Positions 1-9,396 of a stretch of DNA of 64,000 nucleotides are shown piece after piece. Below the pieces are notes generated by a model. It made no database searches. It saw nothing but the letters and a program-made list of their open reading frames with translations, and was not told where the DNA came from. The DNA is from Patescibacteria group bacterium (GTDB lineage Bacteria; Patescibacteriota; Patescibacteriia; UBA9934; GWF2-40-263): the NCBI GenBank assembly GCA_041661745.1, contig JBAZTR010000002.1:4368-68367 (forward strand), written 5' to 3'. How positions within the stretch are numbered: the stretch's first letter is position 1; every line of letters begins with the position of its first letter. The translations under genes and the position numbers were made by a program.

Positions 1-1326
1 TTCGCTGTCTTTAACAGTTTTGGTAGCATCGCCGGTTCCCACAATACATGGCACACCAAGTTCGCGACTGACAATGGCGGCATGTGAGGTTCGACCACCG
101 CCATCGGTCACAATGGCCGCGGCTTTCTTCATGATCGGCTCCCAGGCCGGATCAGTCATCTTTGTCACTAAAACATCGCCTTCTTTAAAGGCACTTAATT
201 GTTTTGGACTTTTAATCAGGCGAGCTCGACCAACGCCAATTTTTGCGCCAACTGAAATTCCTTTAGTAATAACTTTTCCGCGGTGTGCCAAACGATAAGT
301 TTCAATAACATTTTGATCCTTGCCGGCTTCAACGGTTTCCGGCCGAGCCTGAACAATAAAAAGTTTTTTACTGACGCCATCTTTGGCCCATTCGATGTCC
401 ATGGGTTTACCAAACATCTTTTCAATTTCCACGGCCCACTTGGCCAACTGTAAAACCTCGTTATCACTAATTGAAAATTCAATGCGCTCAGCCGGCGTGG
501 TTGGAACAATGACACTGCCACGTTCTTCATCGGAAACAAACTTTAAAAGTTTGCTGCCTAATTTCTTTTCGATAATTGGCCGATGTGTCTTTAACGTATC
601 TTTGAAAACAACATAGTGATCTGGCACCACTTTACCTTGAACAATCGCCTCGCCATAACCAAAAGACGAATCAACCTGCACCACGCGCGGGAAACCGGTT
701 TCCGTATCAATGGTAAAAATAACACCAGAGGCGCCATTGTTGGAACGAACCATCATTTGCACCCCGACCGACATGGAAACTTTGCGGTGTTTGAATTTTT
801 TATTAACGCGATATGAAATGGCGCGATCGGTAAAAAGCGAGGCAAAACATTTTTGTACGGCCACCACCACATTAGCTGCCCCACCAACGTTTAAAAATGA
901 ATCATGCTGGCCGGCAAACGAAGCCCCAGGTAAATCTTCGGCCGTGGCACTGGAACGCACGGCTACTTTAAGATTAGATATTTTGACTTGGTGACAAAGT
1001 TCGGTGTAAGCCTGGGTTATTTCCTTTACCAACTTTTCCGGCATGGGCACGGCCATGATCATGTCCCGAAGTTTCTTCCCTTCCTCGGCTAATTGCTGAG
1101 TATTGGTTACATCAATCGCTTCAACAGTTCGCCAAACTTTATTTTTTATTGCACTCTCTGTTAGGAATAATTGAAAGGCATTGGCCGTAACCGCAAAACC
1201 CGACGGAATGGGAATATTCTTACGGCTTAAAAGTTTGGTCATTTCACCGAGTGAGGCGTTTTTGCCGCCCACCTGCCCAACCGAACTTGAACGAACTTGT
1301 TTAAACCAAAGAATATTTTTTGCCAT
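1..1326 (-). CDS. ppsA: Phosphoenolpyruvate synthase (5' part; runs off window start)
   Basis: Not in ORF track (no stop in window). Manual translation from ATG at 1326: MAKNILWFKQV..VGGKNASLGEM..VAVRSSATAEDLPGASFAGQHDSFLN..GGRTSHAAIVSRELGVPCIVGTG. Confidence 0.95.
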   Translation of the reverse strand, partial: MAKNILWFKQVRSSSVGQVGGKNASLGEMTKLLSRKNIPIPSGFAVTANAFQLFLTESAIKNKVWRTVEAIDVTNTQQLAEEGKKLRDMIMAVPMPEKLVKEITQAYTELCHQVKISNLKVAVRSSATAEDLPGASFAGQHDSFLNVGGAANVVVAVQKCFASLFTDRAISYRVNKKFKHRKVSMSVGVQMMVRSNNGASGVIFTIDTETGFPRVVQVDSSFGYGEAIVQGKVVPDHYVVFKDTLKTHRPIIEKKLGSKLLKFVSDEERGSVIVPTTPAERIEFSISDNEVLQLAKWAVEIEKMFGKPMDIEWAKDGVSKKLFIVQARPETVEAGKDQNVIETYRLAHRGKVITKGISVGAKIGVGRARLIKSPKQLSAFKEGDVLVTKMTDPAWEPIMKKAAAIVTDGGGRTSHAAIVSRELGVPCIVGTGDATKTVKDSE

Positions 1327-1327
1327 A

Positions 1328-2716
1328 CTAAATTTCTTTAACCTCGACAAAGTTGACGCGCTTGCCAACCGGTTGACCGGCCAGAACAATAACTTGGCCA
1401 CCTTTTTTAACCAAACGCTGTTTTTTAATTTGACTGGTTGAAGCGGCAATCAATTGATCGATATTTTTTGCTTTAGGCACAACCACCGGGCGAACCGACC
1501 AAGAAAGACAAAGTTGATGACGGACAAATTCCGAAGCCGTAGCCGCGATGATCGGCAACTCGGGACGAAAACGACTGACCAATCGAGCAGTACTGCCAGT
1601 TAAAGTGGCGACCAGAATAGCGTCGGCTTTTAAAGTGCGCGACAACATGTTGGCCGCTCCGCCAATCGCGTCTTCAACCATTTTTACGAACTTAGAAGTT
1701 TCATCAATGGTCACGTCATCAAACGGCGAAGCCTCAGTTTCCCGGACAATTTTTGCCATGGTGGCCACGGTTTCAACCGGATATTTACCGGTGGCCGTTT
1801 CGCCTGACAACATGACGGCATCGGTATGATCAATAACCGCGTTGGCCACGTCGGAAACTTCGGCCCGAGTCGGCCTGGGGTTGCGAATCATGGAATCAAG
1901 CATTTGGGTGGCGACAATAACCGGTTTACCGGCGGCCCGACATTTTTCAATAATTTCTTTTTGAACGAGCGGCACTTGCTCGGCCGGAATTTCCACACCC
2001 AAATCGCCGCGAGCCACCATAACCCCATCAACGGCTTGCAAAATTTTATCAAATTTTCTTACGGCCTCGTGCTTTTCGATTTTGGCAATAATCATGGGAA
2101 CTGGTTGACCTGGTTTAACCGCGCTTTTTAAAATGCGGCGCAGAGCATGAACGGCCGACGGATCAATAACAAACGACAAGGCCACATAATGTGTGCCGGC
2201 CTCTGCACAAAATATCGCATCTTTCTTGTCTTTAGGGGTAAGCGAACTAATTTTAAGCGTTGAGTCGGGAAAATTTAACCCCTTATGCGACATTAATGTG
2301 CCGCCGACATGAATTTTAATTTTCAGTTTTCCTTTGCTACCGCCGGCACAAACGCCATCCATTAAACCATCCTCCATCAAAACACGATCGCCGCGTTTAA
2401 CATCGCGATAAAGATTTTCGTAAGTCACGGGAATTTCCACGGTCGCCCCTTTAACTAATTTGATTCCTTCAACCGGCACTTCCCCCACCCTAATTTTGGG
2501 CCCCTGTAAATCACCAATAATGGCCACCGATTCATGGGCGGCTTTTTCCGCGGCCCGAATGTGACCGATTATTTTTTTGTGTTCAGCATAAGTGCCGTGC
2601 GAAAAATTAAGCCGAGCCACATTCATGCCAGACAAAATCATGCGCTTTAGAATTGGCGACGTCGCCGAAGCCGGACCGATAGTACAAACAATCTTTGTTC
2701 GTTTTTCCGTTTTCAT
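1328..2716 (-). CDS. pyk: Pyruvate kinase
   Basis: RTKIVCTIGPA, ARLNFSHG, DLQGPKIR, MVARGDLGVE, ATQMLDSM..PRPTRAEVSDVANA, VMLSGETA. Confidence 0.97.
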   Translation of the reverse strand: MKTEKRTKIVCTIGPASATSPILKRMILSGMNVARLNFSHGTYAEHKKIIGHIRAAEKAAHESVAIIGDLQGPKIRVGEVPVEGIKLVKGATVEIPVTYENLYRDVKRGDRVLMEDGLMDGVCAGGSKGKLKIKIHVGGTLMSHKGLNFPDSTLKISSLTPKDKKDAIFCAEAGTHYVALSFVIDPSAVHALRRILKSAVKPGQPVPMIIAKIEKHEAVRKFDKILQAVDGVMVARGDLGVEIPAEQVPLVQKEIIEKCRAAGKPVIVATQMLDSMIRNPRPTRAEVSDVANAVIDHTDAVMLSGETATGKYPVETVATMAKIVRETEASPFDDVTIDETSKFVKMVEDAIGGAANMLSRTLKADAILVATLTGSTARLVSRFRPELPIIAATASEFVRHQLCLSWSVRPVVVPKAKNIDQLIAASTSQIKKQRLVKKGGQVIVLAGQPVGKRVNFVEVKEI

Positions 2717-2726
2717 AAATTATTTT

Positions 2727-3914
2727 TTATTCACTCTCCTTATACTCTTCAAGGGTAACGGAAATTTCTATTTCAGTTCCCGAACGTAAAACCGTCATTT
2801 TCAAAGTCTCACCAGGCATATGTTCACGGACTATTTGCGACAAAGTTTCGTCTTCAGTTAAAGCCTGTCCATCAATCTTGGTAATTATATCACCCTCCTT
2901 TAAGCCGGCCTTGGCCGCTGGGCCGTCGGCCACCACGGCTGAGTCGCTACCATCGGTTGTAATCAAAGCGCCGCTATCAACTGCCAAATCATTCTCCTTG
3001 GCGTAATCTTTAGATATCACAACAAAACGCACCCCAAGCCATGGCCGAACAATTCGCCCTTCCTCTTGAACACTGGAAACGGCTTGTTTAATTTCACTAA
3101 CCGGAATAGCAAAACCCAAACCCTGGCCATTGGAGCTAACTGCTGTATTCATACCAATCACCTCACCCATCAAATTGATAAGCGGCCCGCCGGAGTTGCC
3201 GGGATTAATGGCCGCATCGGTTTGAATAGCTCCTTCGATGACTTCACCACCACTAGTGTAATCGTAAGCCGAAATGCGGCGATTAACACCAGAAACCACA
3301 CCCTTAGTCACGGTATTTTGATATTGTGAGAGAGCATTACCAATAGCAATGACAGTTTGGCCGACCTGAATATTTTCAGAATCGCCAAAAGTAACGGTGG
3401 GAAAATTAGCGCCTTCAATTTTCATTATGGCAATGTCAAAGAACGGATCCATATCAACCACTGTGGCGTCGTACTCTTGATCATCGTTGGTCACTACGGT
3501 AAAGACGGCTTCTTTAACATCGGCCACGTGACGATTGGTAACGATGTAACCGTCACTGGTCACAAAAAAACCAGTGCCTGCTCCGACCTCAATCAATTCA
3601 TCGGAAGCCGAACTGTCCGAAGGCGCTTGTCCGTAAAAATAATCGTTAAACGAATTGGCTTGTGGAACACTGGCCTTCTGTTTAATAATAATACTAACCA
3701 CGGCCGGAGTAACACTGTCGACGACACTGATCGTAGATGATTCTTCTTCAATCATGCGAACAATATTTTTATCAGCTTCGCCATTGAAAGACAATTCTGA
3801 TGATAAAGAAAGAAACTGGCCGGCCAAAAATCCGCCCAGGCCGCCAAAAGCGGTGGAGATAAGCACGGTCACGGCTAAAAGAACGATGAAAGTGGTAGAA
3901 CGTGGAGTTTCCAT
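2727..3914 (-). CDS. HtrA/DegP-family serine protease with one PDZ domain
   Basis: N-terminal TM; GTGFFV..IVTNRHV, DIAIMKI, IQTDAAINPGNSGGPL; C-terminal PDZ (GPAAKAGLKEGDII). Confidence 0.93.
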   Translation of the reverse strand: METPRSTTFIVLLAVTVLISTAFGGLGGFLAGQFLSLSSELSFNGEADKNIVRMIEEESSTISVVDSVTPAVVSIIIKQKASVPQANSFNDYFYGQAPSDSSASDELIEVGAGTGFFVTSDGYIVTNRHVADVKEAVFTVVTNDDQEYDATVVDMDPFFDIAIMKIEGANFPTVTFGDSENIQVGQTVIAIGNALSQYQNTVTKGVVSGVNRRISAYDYTSGGEVIEGAIQTDAAINPGNSGGPLINLMGEVIGMNTAVSSNGQGLGFAIPVSEIKQAVSSVQEEGRIVRPWLGVRFVVISKDYAKENDLAVDSGALITTDGSDSAVVADGPAAKAGLKEGDIITKIDGQALTEDETLSQIVREHMPGETLKMTVLRSGTEIEISVTLEEYKESE

Positions 3915-3951
3915 AATAATGGGTGAATTAATAACCGGTTAATTATACTAC

Positions 3952-3985
3952 AAAAAAAGAACCGCCGGAAGTTGGTGGCGGTCTT
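3952..3985 (-). terminator. Intrinsic terminator downstream of ftsZ
   Basis: Minus strand ACCGCC-loop-GGCGGT followed by TCTTTTTTT. Confidence 0.6.
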
Positions 3986-3992
3986 GGTTTTA

Positions 3993-4146
3993 GGCGACGT
4001 TCGGGGGTTGATTGGTTTGCTGGGCAGTATGACTTGGACAGTTGGTATTCGGGCGTTATAGGGCGCTAAGGCAAGGAAAATATTTCTTCAATAAAGCCCT
4101 TTAATGCCCGAGCGCCGCCTAACCAAACCGACCCCCGAAGGCCACT
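3993..4146. ncRNA. Candidate structured RNA (long irregular hairpin, 6S-like shape); strand unresolved
   Basis: TTCGGGGGTTGATTGGTT (4000-4017) pairs with AACCAAACCGACCCCCGAA (4121-4139); TTCGGGCGTTATAGGGC pairs with GCCCTTTAATGCCCGAG; large internal bulge between the stems. Confidence 0.4.
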
Positions 4147-4150
4147 CAAA

Positions 4151-5395
4151 TTACATCATTTTCTTTCTGATAAATGCTGGGATTTCCAATTCTTCCTCTT
4201 CAGTCGGCGGGGCCACCGGAGCCGGGCGTGGTGTTGGTCTTGGTTGTGGTTGTGGATTTATAGGAATATTTCTTAGTGGCATTGGCTCTTCGATAAATCT
4301 AGGTTTCATCGGTTGTGGCTGAACCGGCGGGGCGGCTGGTTTAGCCTGACGTTTTTCGTCTTCTTGGCGCGAGAAGAACGAGCTTGGGGTCCAAGTGCCT
4401 TGTGACTGCACCTCCACTCCACCACCCGGACGACGACGTTCGCGCTGATCAAAACCGGTCGCGACCACAGTAATACGAACTTCGTCTTTCATGTCTTCAT
4501 CAATATTGGCACCAAAGATAACCTTGGCATCTTCATCAGCCGAACTGGTAATAACCTTAGCCGCTTCGGCCACTTCGTGCATACCAAGATCTTTACCGCC
4601 GGTGATGGTAAACAAGACGCCGCGAGCGCCATCAACCGAAAGCTCAAGAAGCGGACTGGCAATAGCTTGCTTAGCGGCTTCCACGGCACGATTTTCACCT
4701 GAAGCGCGACCGATACCCATGAGAGCTGAACCAGCATCTTCCATGATCGCCTTAACATCGGCAAAGTCAACGTTAATTAATCCGGGCACGGTAATCAGTT
4801 CAGAGATTCCCTGCACACCCTGACGCAAAACATCATCAACAATATTAAAAGCGTCAATGAGAGAAGTTTTCTTATCAATAATTTGTAAAACACGATCGTT
4901 TGGAATAGTAATCACGGTATCAACAAATTGAATCAGTTGGTTATAAGCTTCATCAGCAATGCGGCGGCGTTGTGCACCTTCAAAACCAAAAGGTTTGGTA
5001 ACCACGGCAATTGTAAGAGCCCCAATGTCTTTAGCCAGTTTGGCAACTTCAGGAATTGCCCCGCTACCAGTGCCGCCACCCAAACCGCAAGTCAAAAAAA
5101 CCATATCCGCACCATTCAAGGCATTGCGAATATCGTTTTGACTTTCTTCGGCCGCACGGCGACCAAGCTCGGGATTCATGCCAGCCCCTAAACCGCGGGT
5201 GATAGTTTTACCAATGGCAATTTTGGTCGCAGCCAAGTTGGTATGAAGAGCCTGAACATCGGTGTTGATGGAAATAAAATCAACACCTTTTATTTTATCG
5301 TTGATCATGCGGTTGACCGCGGCACCACCACCACCACCAATTCCGCAAACTTTTATCTTGGCGTAGGTTTGAATGTCGGGTTTAACTTCGGCCAT
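4151..5395 (-). CDS. ftsZ: Cell division protein FtsZ
   Basis: GGGTGSG tubulin signature, INVDFADV, C-terminal LEIPAFIRKK; ATG start at 5395 (MAEVKP) preferred over track start 5410. Confidence 0.98.
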   Translation of the reverse strand: MAEVKPDIQTYAKIKVCGIGGGGGAAVNRMINDKIKGVDFISINTDVQALHTNLAATKIAIGKTITRGLGAGMNPELGRRAAEESQNDIRNALNGADMVFLTCGLGGGTGSGAIPEVAKLAKDIGALTIAVVTKPFGFEGAQRRRIADEAYNQLIQFVDTVITIPNDRVLQIIDKKTSLIDAFNIVDDVLRQGVQGISELITVPGLINVDFADVKAIMEDAGSALMGIGRASGENRAVEAAKQAIASPLLELSVDGARGVLFTITGGKDLGMHEVAEAAKVITSSADEDAKVIFGANIDEDMKDEVRITVVATGFDQRERRRPGGGVEVQSQGTWTPSSFFSRQEDEKRQAKPAAPPVQPQPMKPRFIEEPMPLRNIPINPQPQPRPTPRPAPVAPPTEEEELEIPAFIRKKMM

Positions 5396-5460
5396 ATATT
5401 TGGTATTCAAACTAATTAAACGTGAACACTAATTTTCGTCAGTTTCCTCCATGCAGAAAT

Positions 5461-5489
5461 ACTTTATGGCTCAAGAGGGTTGTTGTAAA
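5461..5489 (-). promoter_or_regulatory. Sigma70-like promoter for ftsZ
   Basis: TTTACA (5489-5484), 17 nt, TAAAGT (5466-5461). Confidence 0.5.
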
Positions 5490-5503
5490 GGTGAAGCTGT
5501 GGA

Positions 5504-5531
5504 CAAAAAAAGACGGAAGCGTTTCCGTCTT
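5504..5531 (-). terminator. Intrinsic terminator between ftsA and ftsZ
   Basis: Minus strand AAGACGGAAACGCTTCCGTCTTTTTTT. Confidence 0.65.
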
Positions 5532-5553
5532 GTCTTAATTTTAAATTATCGGG

Positions 5554-6813
5554 TTACGGCCTGAGCGATTTGAACCATCCACCAACCACTCCGGCAACAT
5601 TTTTTACCCCTTTCATTTTGTTAAAAATCTGACCAAACTTGCCATCGTGAACTTGGGCCATAGTGTTGTGCCCCCACAAAACCAAACCAATAGCCGTGGC
5701 CATACCCGGGTCATTCACCCGTTCAACAACCGAAGTAACACCAATTGGCGTACCAAGGGAGGCTGGCAGGCGCAGAGTCTTTTTAGCGGCTTCAACAATG
5801 CCATGCATTTTAGCTCCGCCACCGGTTAAAATAACACCGGCCGGCAACATACCGGACCGGCCGATCTTACGCAACTCCTCATCAACTTTTTCAAAAATTT
5901 CCGAAACACGAGCTTCGGCAATGTCAGCAATAAAACGACGACCAACAATTTCTTCCTCAACCGCGCCCAAGTCAGCCAAGTTTACCTCTTCTTTTTTATT
6001 AATCTCCTCTGGCGAAGCACTGGCATAACGCAATTTGGCCTTTTCTGCTACCTCAATCGAGGTTCTAAGACCGATAGCAATATCAGAAGTAATATGAGCC
6101 GCCCCAATCGGCAGAACCGCGGCGTGTAAGACATCACCTTCTTCAAAAACAATTAAACCAGTGGTCGAGGCCCCGATGTTAATAACACAGGCCCCAAGAT
6201 CTTTTTGTTTGGCAGTGATGACCGCATCGGTCGTTGCCAAAATAGACAAAACAACATCTTCGATATCAATTCCCGTGCGATGAATAGCTTTTGTAATGTT
6301 TTTGATTTGCGTTGTTTGGCCTTGAACAATAAGTGCATCCACTTCAAGACGAATGCCGGTCATACCAACCGGATCTTTAATGCCCCGCTGGCCATCAACA
6401 GTAAAGCTGCGCGGCAAGACATGTAGGATTTCGCTGTTAGCCGGCATAGCCACGGTACGGGCCGCATCAATGGCACGATCAACGTCGTCATCACGAATTT
6501 CGCTGTCGCCACGGGCCACTCCGACCACTCCGCGACTTTCCTGGCAGCTGATATGAGTTCCATTAATTCCCACCCAGGCTCGGCTCATTGGTAAACCGGT
6601 CAGACGCTCGGCTTGTTCCAAGGCCCGGGAAACCGAAGAAACCGCATCTTCAATGCTGGTGACGTTTCCTTTATTTACTCCTTCGGAAGGAATTTCAACG
6701 GCTCCGATAATATGGATAACATCTTTGCCCTCCTCGGCTGGCAAAGGCTGGCCAACCACAACCCGAACGGCGTGTGAGCCAATATCCAATCCGACAATTA
6801 TGTCTTCATTCAT
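5554..6813 (-). CDS. ftsA: Cell division protein FtsA
   Basis: IVGLDIGS, DPVGMTGIRLEV, INIGASTT, VILTGGGAK; adjacent to ftsZ. Confidence 0.96.
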   Translation of the reverse strand: MNEDIIVGLDIGSHAVRVVVGQPLPAEEGKDVIHIIGAVEIPSEGVNKGNVTSIEDAVSSVSRALEQAERLTGLPMSRAWVGINGTHISCQESRGVVGVARGDSEIRDDDVDRAIDAARTVAMPANSEILHVLPRSFTVDGQRGIKDPVGMTGIRLEVDALIVQGQTTQIKNITKAIHRTGIDIEDVVLSILATTDAVITAKQKDLGACVINIGASTTGLIVFEEGDVLHAAVLPIGAAHITSDIAIGLRTSIEVAEKAKLRYASASPEEINKKEEVNLADLGAVEEEIVGRRFIADIAEARVSEIFEKVDEELRKIGRSGMLPAGVILTGGGAKMHGIVEAAKKTLRLPASLGTPIGVTSVVERVNDPGMATAIGLVLWGHNTMAQVHDGKFGQIFNKMKGVKNVAGVVGGWFKSLRP

Positions 6814-6864
6814 ATCGCATTATAACCAGGCGCTACCTGTTGTTTTTATAAGTATATCGACTTT

Positions 6865-7236
6865 TCAAGCCGCGAACAAGCGGATGATGTGTGGAAAAAA
6901 AATAATAAGGCCGATAATCGCAGAAAATATCGAAGCCACTAAAACCGCCGCGGCCATAATATCTTTAATTTCTCCGACAATCGGATTAAGTCGCGGTTTA
7001 AAAGCATCAACAATTCTTTCAAAAATACTATTAATCATTTCCAGAATTAAAACCAAAGCCACCAACAAAAAGACGATAATTTTTTCAAAAGCCGTTATTG
7101 GAAAAAAGACGGCAAAAAACACAACTAGAACACCGGCTAAAAGTTGTAGACGAAAACTTTGCTCGGTTTTTGCCAAAGTCTTAATACCACGCAAAGCGTG
7201 CGAAAAACTTCTAAAGAGGGATCTAAATTTAACCAT
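6865..7236 (-). CDS. dgkA: Diacylglycerol/undecaprenol kinase family membrane protein
   Basis: SFSHALRGI..EQSFR, LEMINSIFERIVD, KDIMAAAVL; follows ybeY. Confidence 0.9.
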   Translation of the reverse strand: MVKFRSLFRSFSHALRGIKTLAKTEQSFRLQLLAGVLVVFFAVFFPITAFEKIIVFLLVALVLILEMINSIFERIVDAFKPRLNPIVGEIKDIMAAAVLVASIFSAIIGLIIFFPHIIRLFAA

Positions 7237-7660
7237 ATTCGGGAATCGACCAGTCGATTTTTAAACTTTTTAAAATTTTTTGTTGCAAAGTGAACATTTT
7301 TTCCGCTTCTGTTTTCTTCATATGATCAAAAGAAAACAAATGGAGCAAGCCGTGAACTAAAAGAATAACTACTTCGTCTTCTGTAGAATGACTGTATTGC
7401 CTTCCCTGCTTTTTGGCCCTGTCTAAACATATCACCACCTCACCGGCCATTGATGGATCATTAAAAGGAAAGGATAAGACGTCGGTTACTTTGTCGACCC
7501 CGCGATACTCCCGATTAAGCCGGCGAATGACCGTTGGTGAAACAAAGGCAAGCGATACCCCAACCTTCTTTTTTAATCTTAAAAAAGAAGAAACTTGTTT
7601 TAAGGTTTTTTTAAAAACTTTTTCCGACAAAAAAGGGGCTTCACATTCAACTACCAACAT
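7229..7660 (-). CDS. ybeY: rRNA maturation endoribonuclease YbeY
   Basis: LNREYRGVDKVTDVLSF and HGLLHLFSFDH metal motif. Confidence 0.95.
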   Translation of the reverse strand: MLVVECEAPFLSEKVFKKTLKQVSSFLRLKKKVGVSLAFVSPTVIRRLNREYRGVDKVTDVLSFPFNDPSMAGEVVICLDRAKKQGRQYSHSTEDEVVILLVHGLLHLFSFDHMKKTEAEKMFTLQQKILKSLKIDWSIPEYG

Positions 7661-7662
7661 AA

Positions 7663-8709
7663 CTATGGCGCAAGCGTTAAATTATTCATCATCATTTCAA
7701 AAGTCGTCAAATAATCAACACTGGCTTTTACCGTGTTTTGATAACTCACAACAATCACCCTGGTCCCAGACTCAATGTAAACAGTCATCTGGTCTTCGGC
7801 TTCTAAAGTTGAATAGCCTTGTTTGGTTTCGCCGGAGGTAACTTTAACCTCAGAACTAAGATTTGTTCCACTGAACCAGTCGGCTAAGCTTACTCCGACC
7901 TCTTTACTTTCAAGGCCAATGGTTATGGTTTCACCGCTTGGGACAACAAAGGTTGTGCTTCCATCAGTTCCTTCACGAACTGTCCAGGCTTGGGGATATA
8001 AAATCTCGAAAACCCCCATCTTTTGATAAAGCGTAACAACCGAGGAATCACGTAGATGCGCCGGGTCTGGAGAATTCGGATCATAACCATTAAAAACTTC
8101 GTTACCGTCAAGAAAGCCATCGCTATCAGTATCAGGTTTTTTGGAACTTGTTTTATAAAGAATTTCTTCAGCGTCGGTCAAACCGTCGCTGTCAGTGTCG
8201 CGACCGGGCTGCGAATTATTGGGAAACGGCGAAGCTGAGTTTGTCGACGGTTGATTTGTTGCCTGATTAGTATTGGTATTGGTTGCCGGCTGATTAGTGG
8301 GTTTGTTTACATTAACTGAATTATTAGTTGTTGTGTTAACTAGAGGTGTAGTTGTTACTGGTTTAAAAACAAAATAAAGATAAACTCCGGAACCAACTAA
8401 AACTACCAGCAAAACTACCCCAGCAATTAAAAGAGCTCGGGTAGTTTTTGACATTCCCTTCTTTTTTCCCCTCACCCCTGTCCCCTCTCCCTTAGGGAGA
8501 GGGGTTGGGGAGAGGGGTCGAGGCGCTGGGACAAGCGGCGGCGGCAAAGCGGCTGGGCTAGCGGCGGCCGCTGGCTTCATTGTCGGCGGATTTACCCGAG
8601 CCGCCAAGCCGCGAAATTTTTCCGGCATGGAAAAAACCTGCGGCGCGCCTGCGGAAGCCTTGGCAGTTGGCGGAACCTCGATCTTTTTTTGTCCGGCATC
8701 TTCAAACAT
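7663..8709 (-). CDS. Single-pass membrane protein with Pro-rich N-terminus, Asn/Thr linker, DTDxDG (TSP3-like Ca-binding) repeats and a C-terminal globular domain
   Basis: TM ALLIAGVVLLVVLVGSGVYLYF; DTDSDGLTDAEE..DTDSDGFLDGNEVFNGYDP; ATG at 8709 (MFED) preferred over TTG at 8736. Confidence 0.75.
   Translation of the reverse strand: MFEDAGQKKIEVPPTAKASAGAPQVFSMPEKFRGLAARVNPPTMKPAAAASPAALPPPLVPAPRPLSPTPLPKGEGTGVRGKKKGMSKTTRALLIAGVVLLVVLVGSGVYLYFVFKPVTTTPLVNTTTNNSVNVNKPTNQPATNTNTNQATNQPSTNSASPFPNNSQPGRDTDSDGLTDAEEILYKTSSKKPDTDSDGFLDGNEVFNGYDPNSPDPAHLRDSSVVTLYQKMGVFEILYPQAWTVREGTDGSTTFVVPSGETITIGLESKEVGVSLADWFSGTNLSSEVKVTSGETKQGYSTLEAEDQMTVYIESGTRVIVVSYQNTVKASVDYLTTFEMMMNNLTLAP
8468..8517. repeat. 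REP-like palindrome inserted in frame in a CDS
   Basis: CCCCTCACCCCTGTCCCCTCTCCCTTAGGGAGAGGGGTTGGGGAGAGGGG, encodes PLSPTPLPKGEGTGVRG; related to copies at 45601, 49408, 50927. Confidence 0.75.
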
Positions 8710-8743
8710 ACTTTTTAAAATTTTCAATTTGTCCAATTATCAA

Positions 8744-9361
8744 CTAGTTATTTCCCGGCAGTTCAAACAATTTTCCGGCCCCGTTGGGATTATAACCGCT
8801 TTTGACTTCGGCTCCATCAAGATAACTGTCGCCGTCAGTATCAGGATTAAGCGGATCGGTTTTATAGACATCAACTTCCTCTCGGTCAAACAGTCCGTCG
8901 TCGTCAGTATCGGTTTTTTGGGCACTGGTACCAAGCTCGGCTTCGCGGGCGTCGGTTAATCCATCTTTATCAGTATCGACTTCCACAACGGTTTCTGGCA
9001 CAACTTCCTCTACGAGAGTCTCTTCCTCCTCAACATTTGTAGTTTGCTCCACAGCCGCGTTGTTGGCAATATTGGTTAAACTTTCGGTAACCGGCTCGCG
9101 GCTGCCTAAAATCATTGTCGACAACCATGCTCCGACGGCAATTACTATCACGGCGCCCATAATAATAATGATTGGTTTCCAACCTGAACTATGATTAATC
9201 ACCGGCGCTGTTTGCGGCGGCATTGGGGTTGGCGCGGAAACGAGCGGTGGCACTGAAGGGGTGGCGACCGGTCGTTGCGGCGGACGAAAAGGTGGCGGAA
9301 CATCCTCGGGTTTATCGGTTTCGGCAAAAATATCCGGTGGCTGTTTTATATCTTCGAACAT
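8744..9361 (-). CDS. Single-pass membrane protein with DTDxDG (TSP3-like) repeats
   Basis: MFED start, Pro-rich segment, TM, DTDKDGLTDAREAELGT..DTDDDGLFDREE..DTDGDSYLDGAEVKSGYNPNG. Confidence 0.8.
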   Translation of the reverse strand: MFEDIKQPPDIFAETDKPEDVPPPFRPPQRPVATPSVPPLVSAPTPMPPQTAPVINHSSGWKPIIIIMGAVIVIAVGAWLSTMILGSREPVTESLTNIANNAAVEQTTNVEEEETLVEEVVPETVVEVDTDKDGLTDAREAELGTSAQKTDTDDDGLFDREEVDVYKTDPLNPDTDGDSYLDGAEVKSGYNPNGAGKLFELPGNN

Positions 9362-9396
9362 AATTTTATTTTCTAATTTTTAATTAAGAAAAAATT

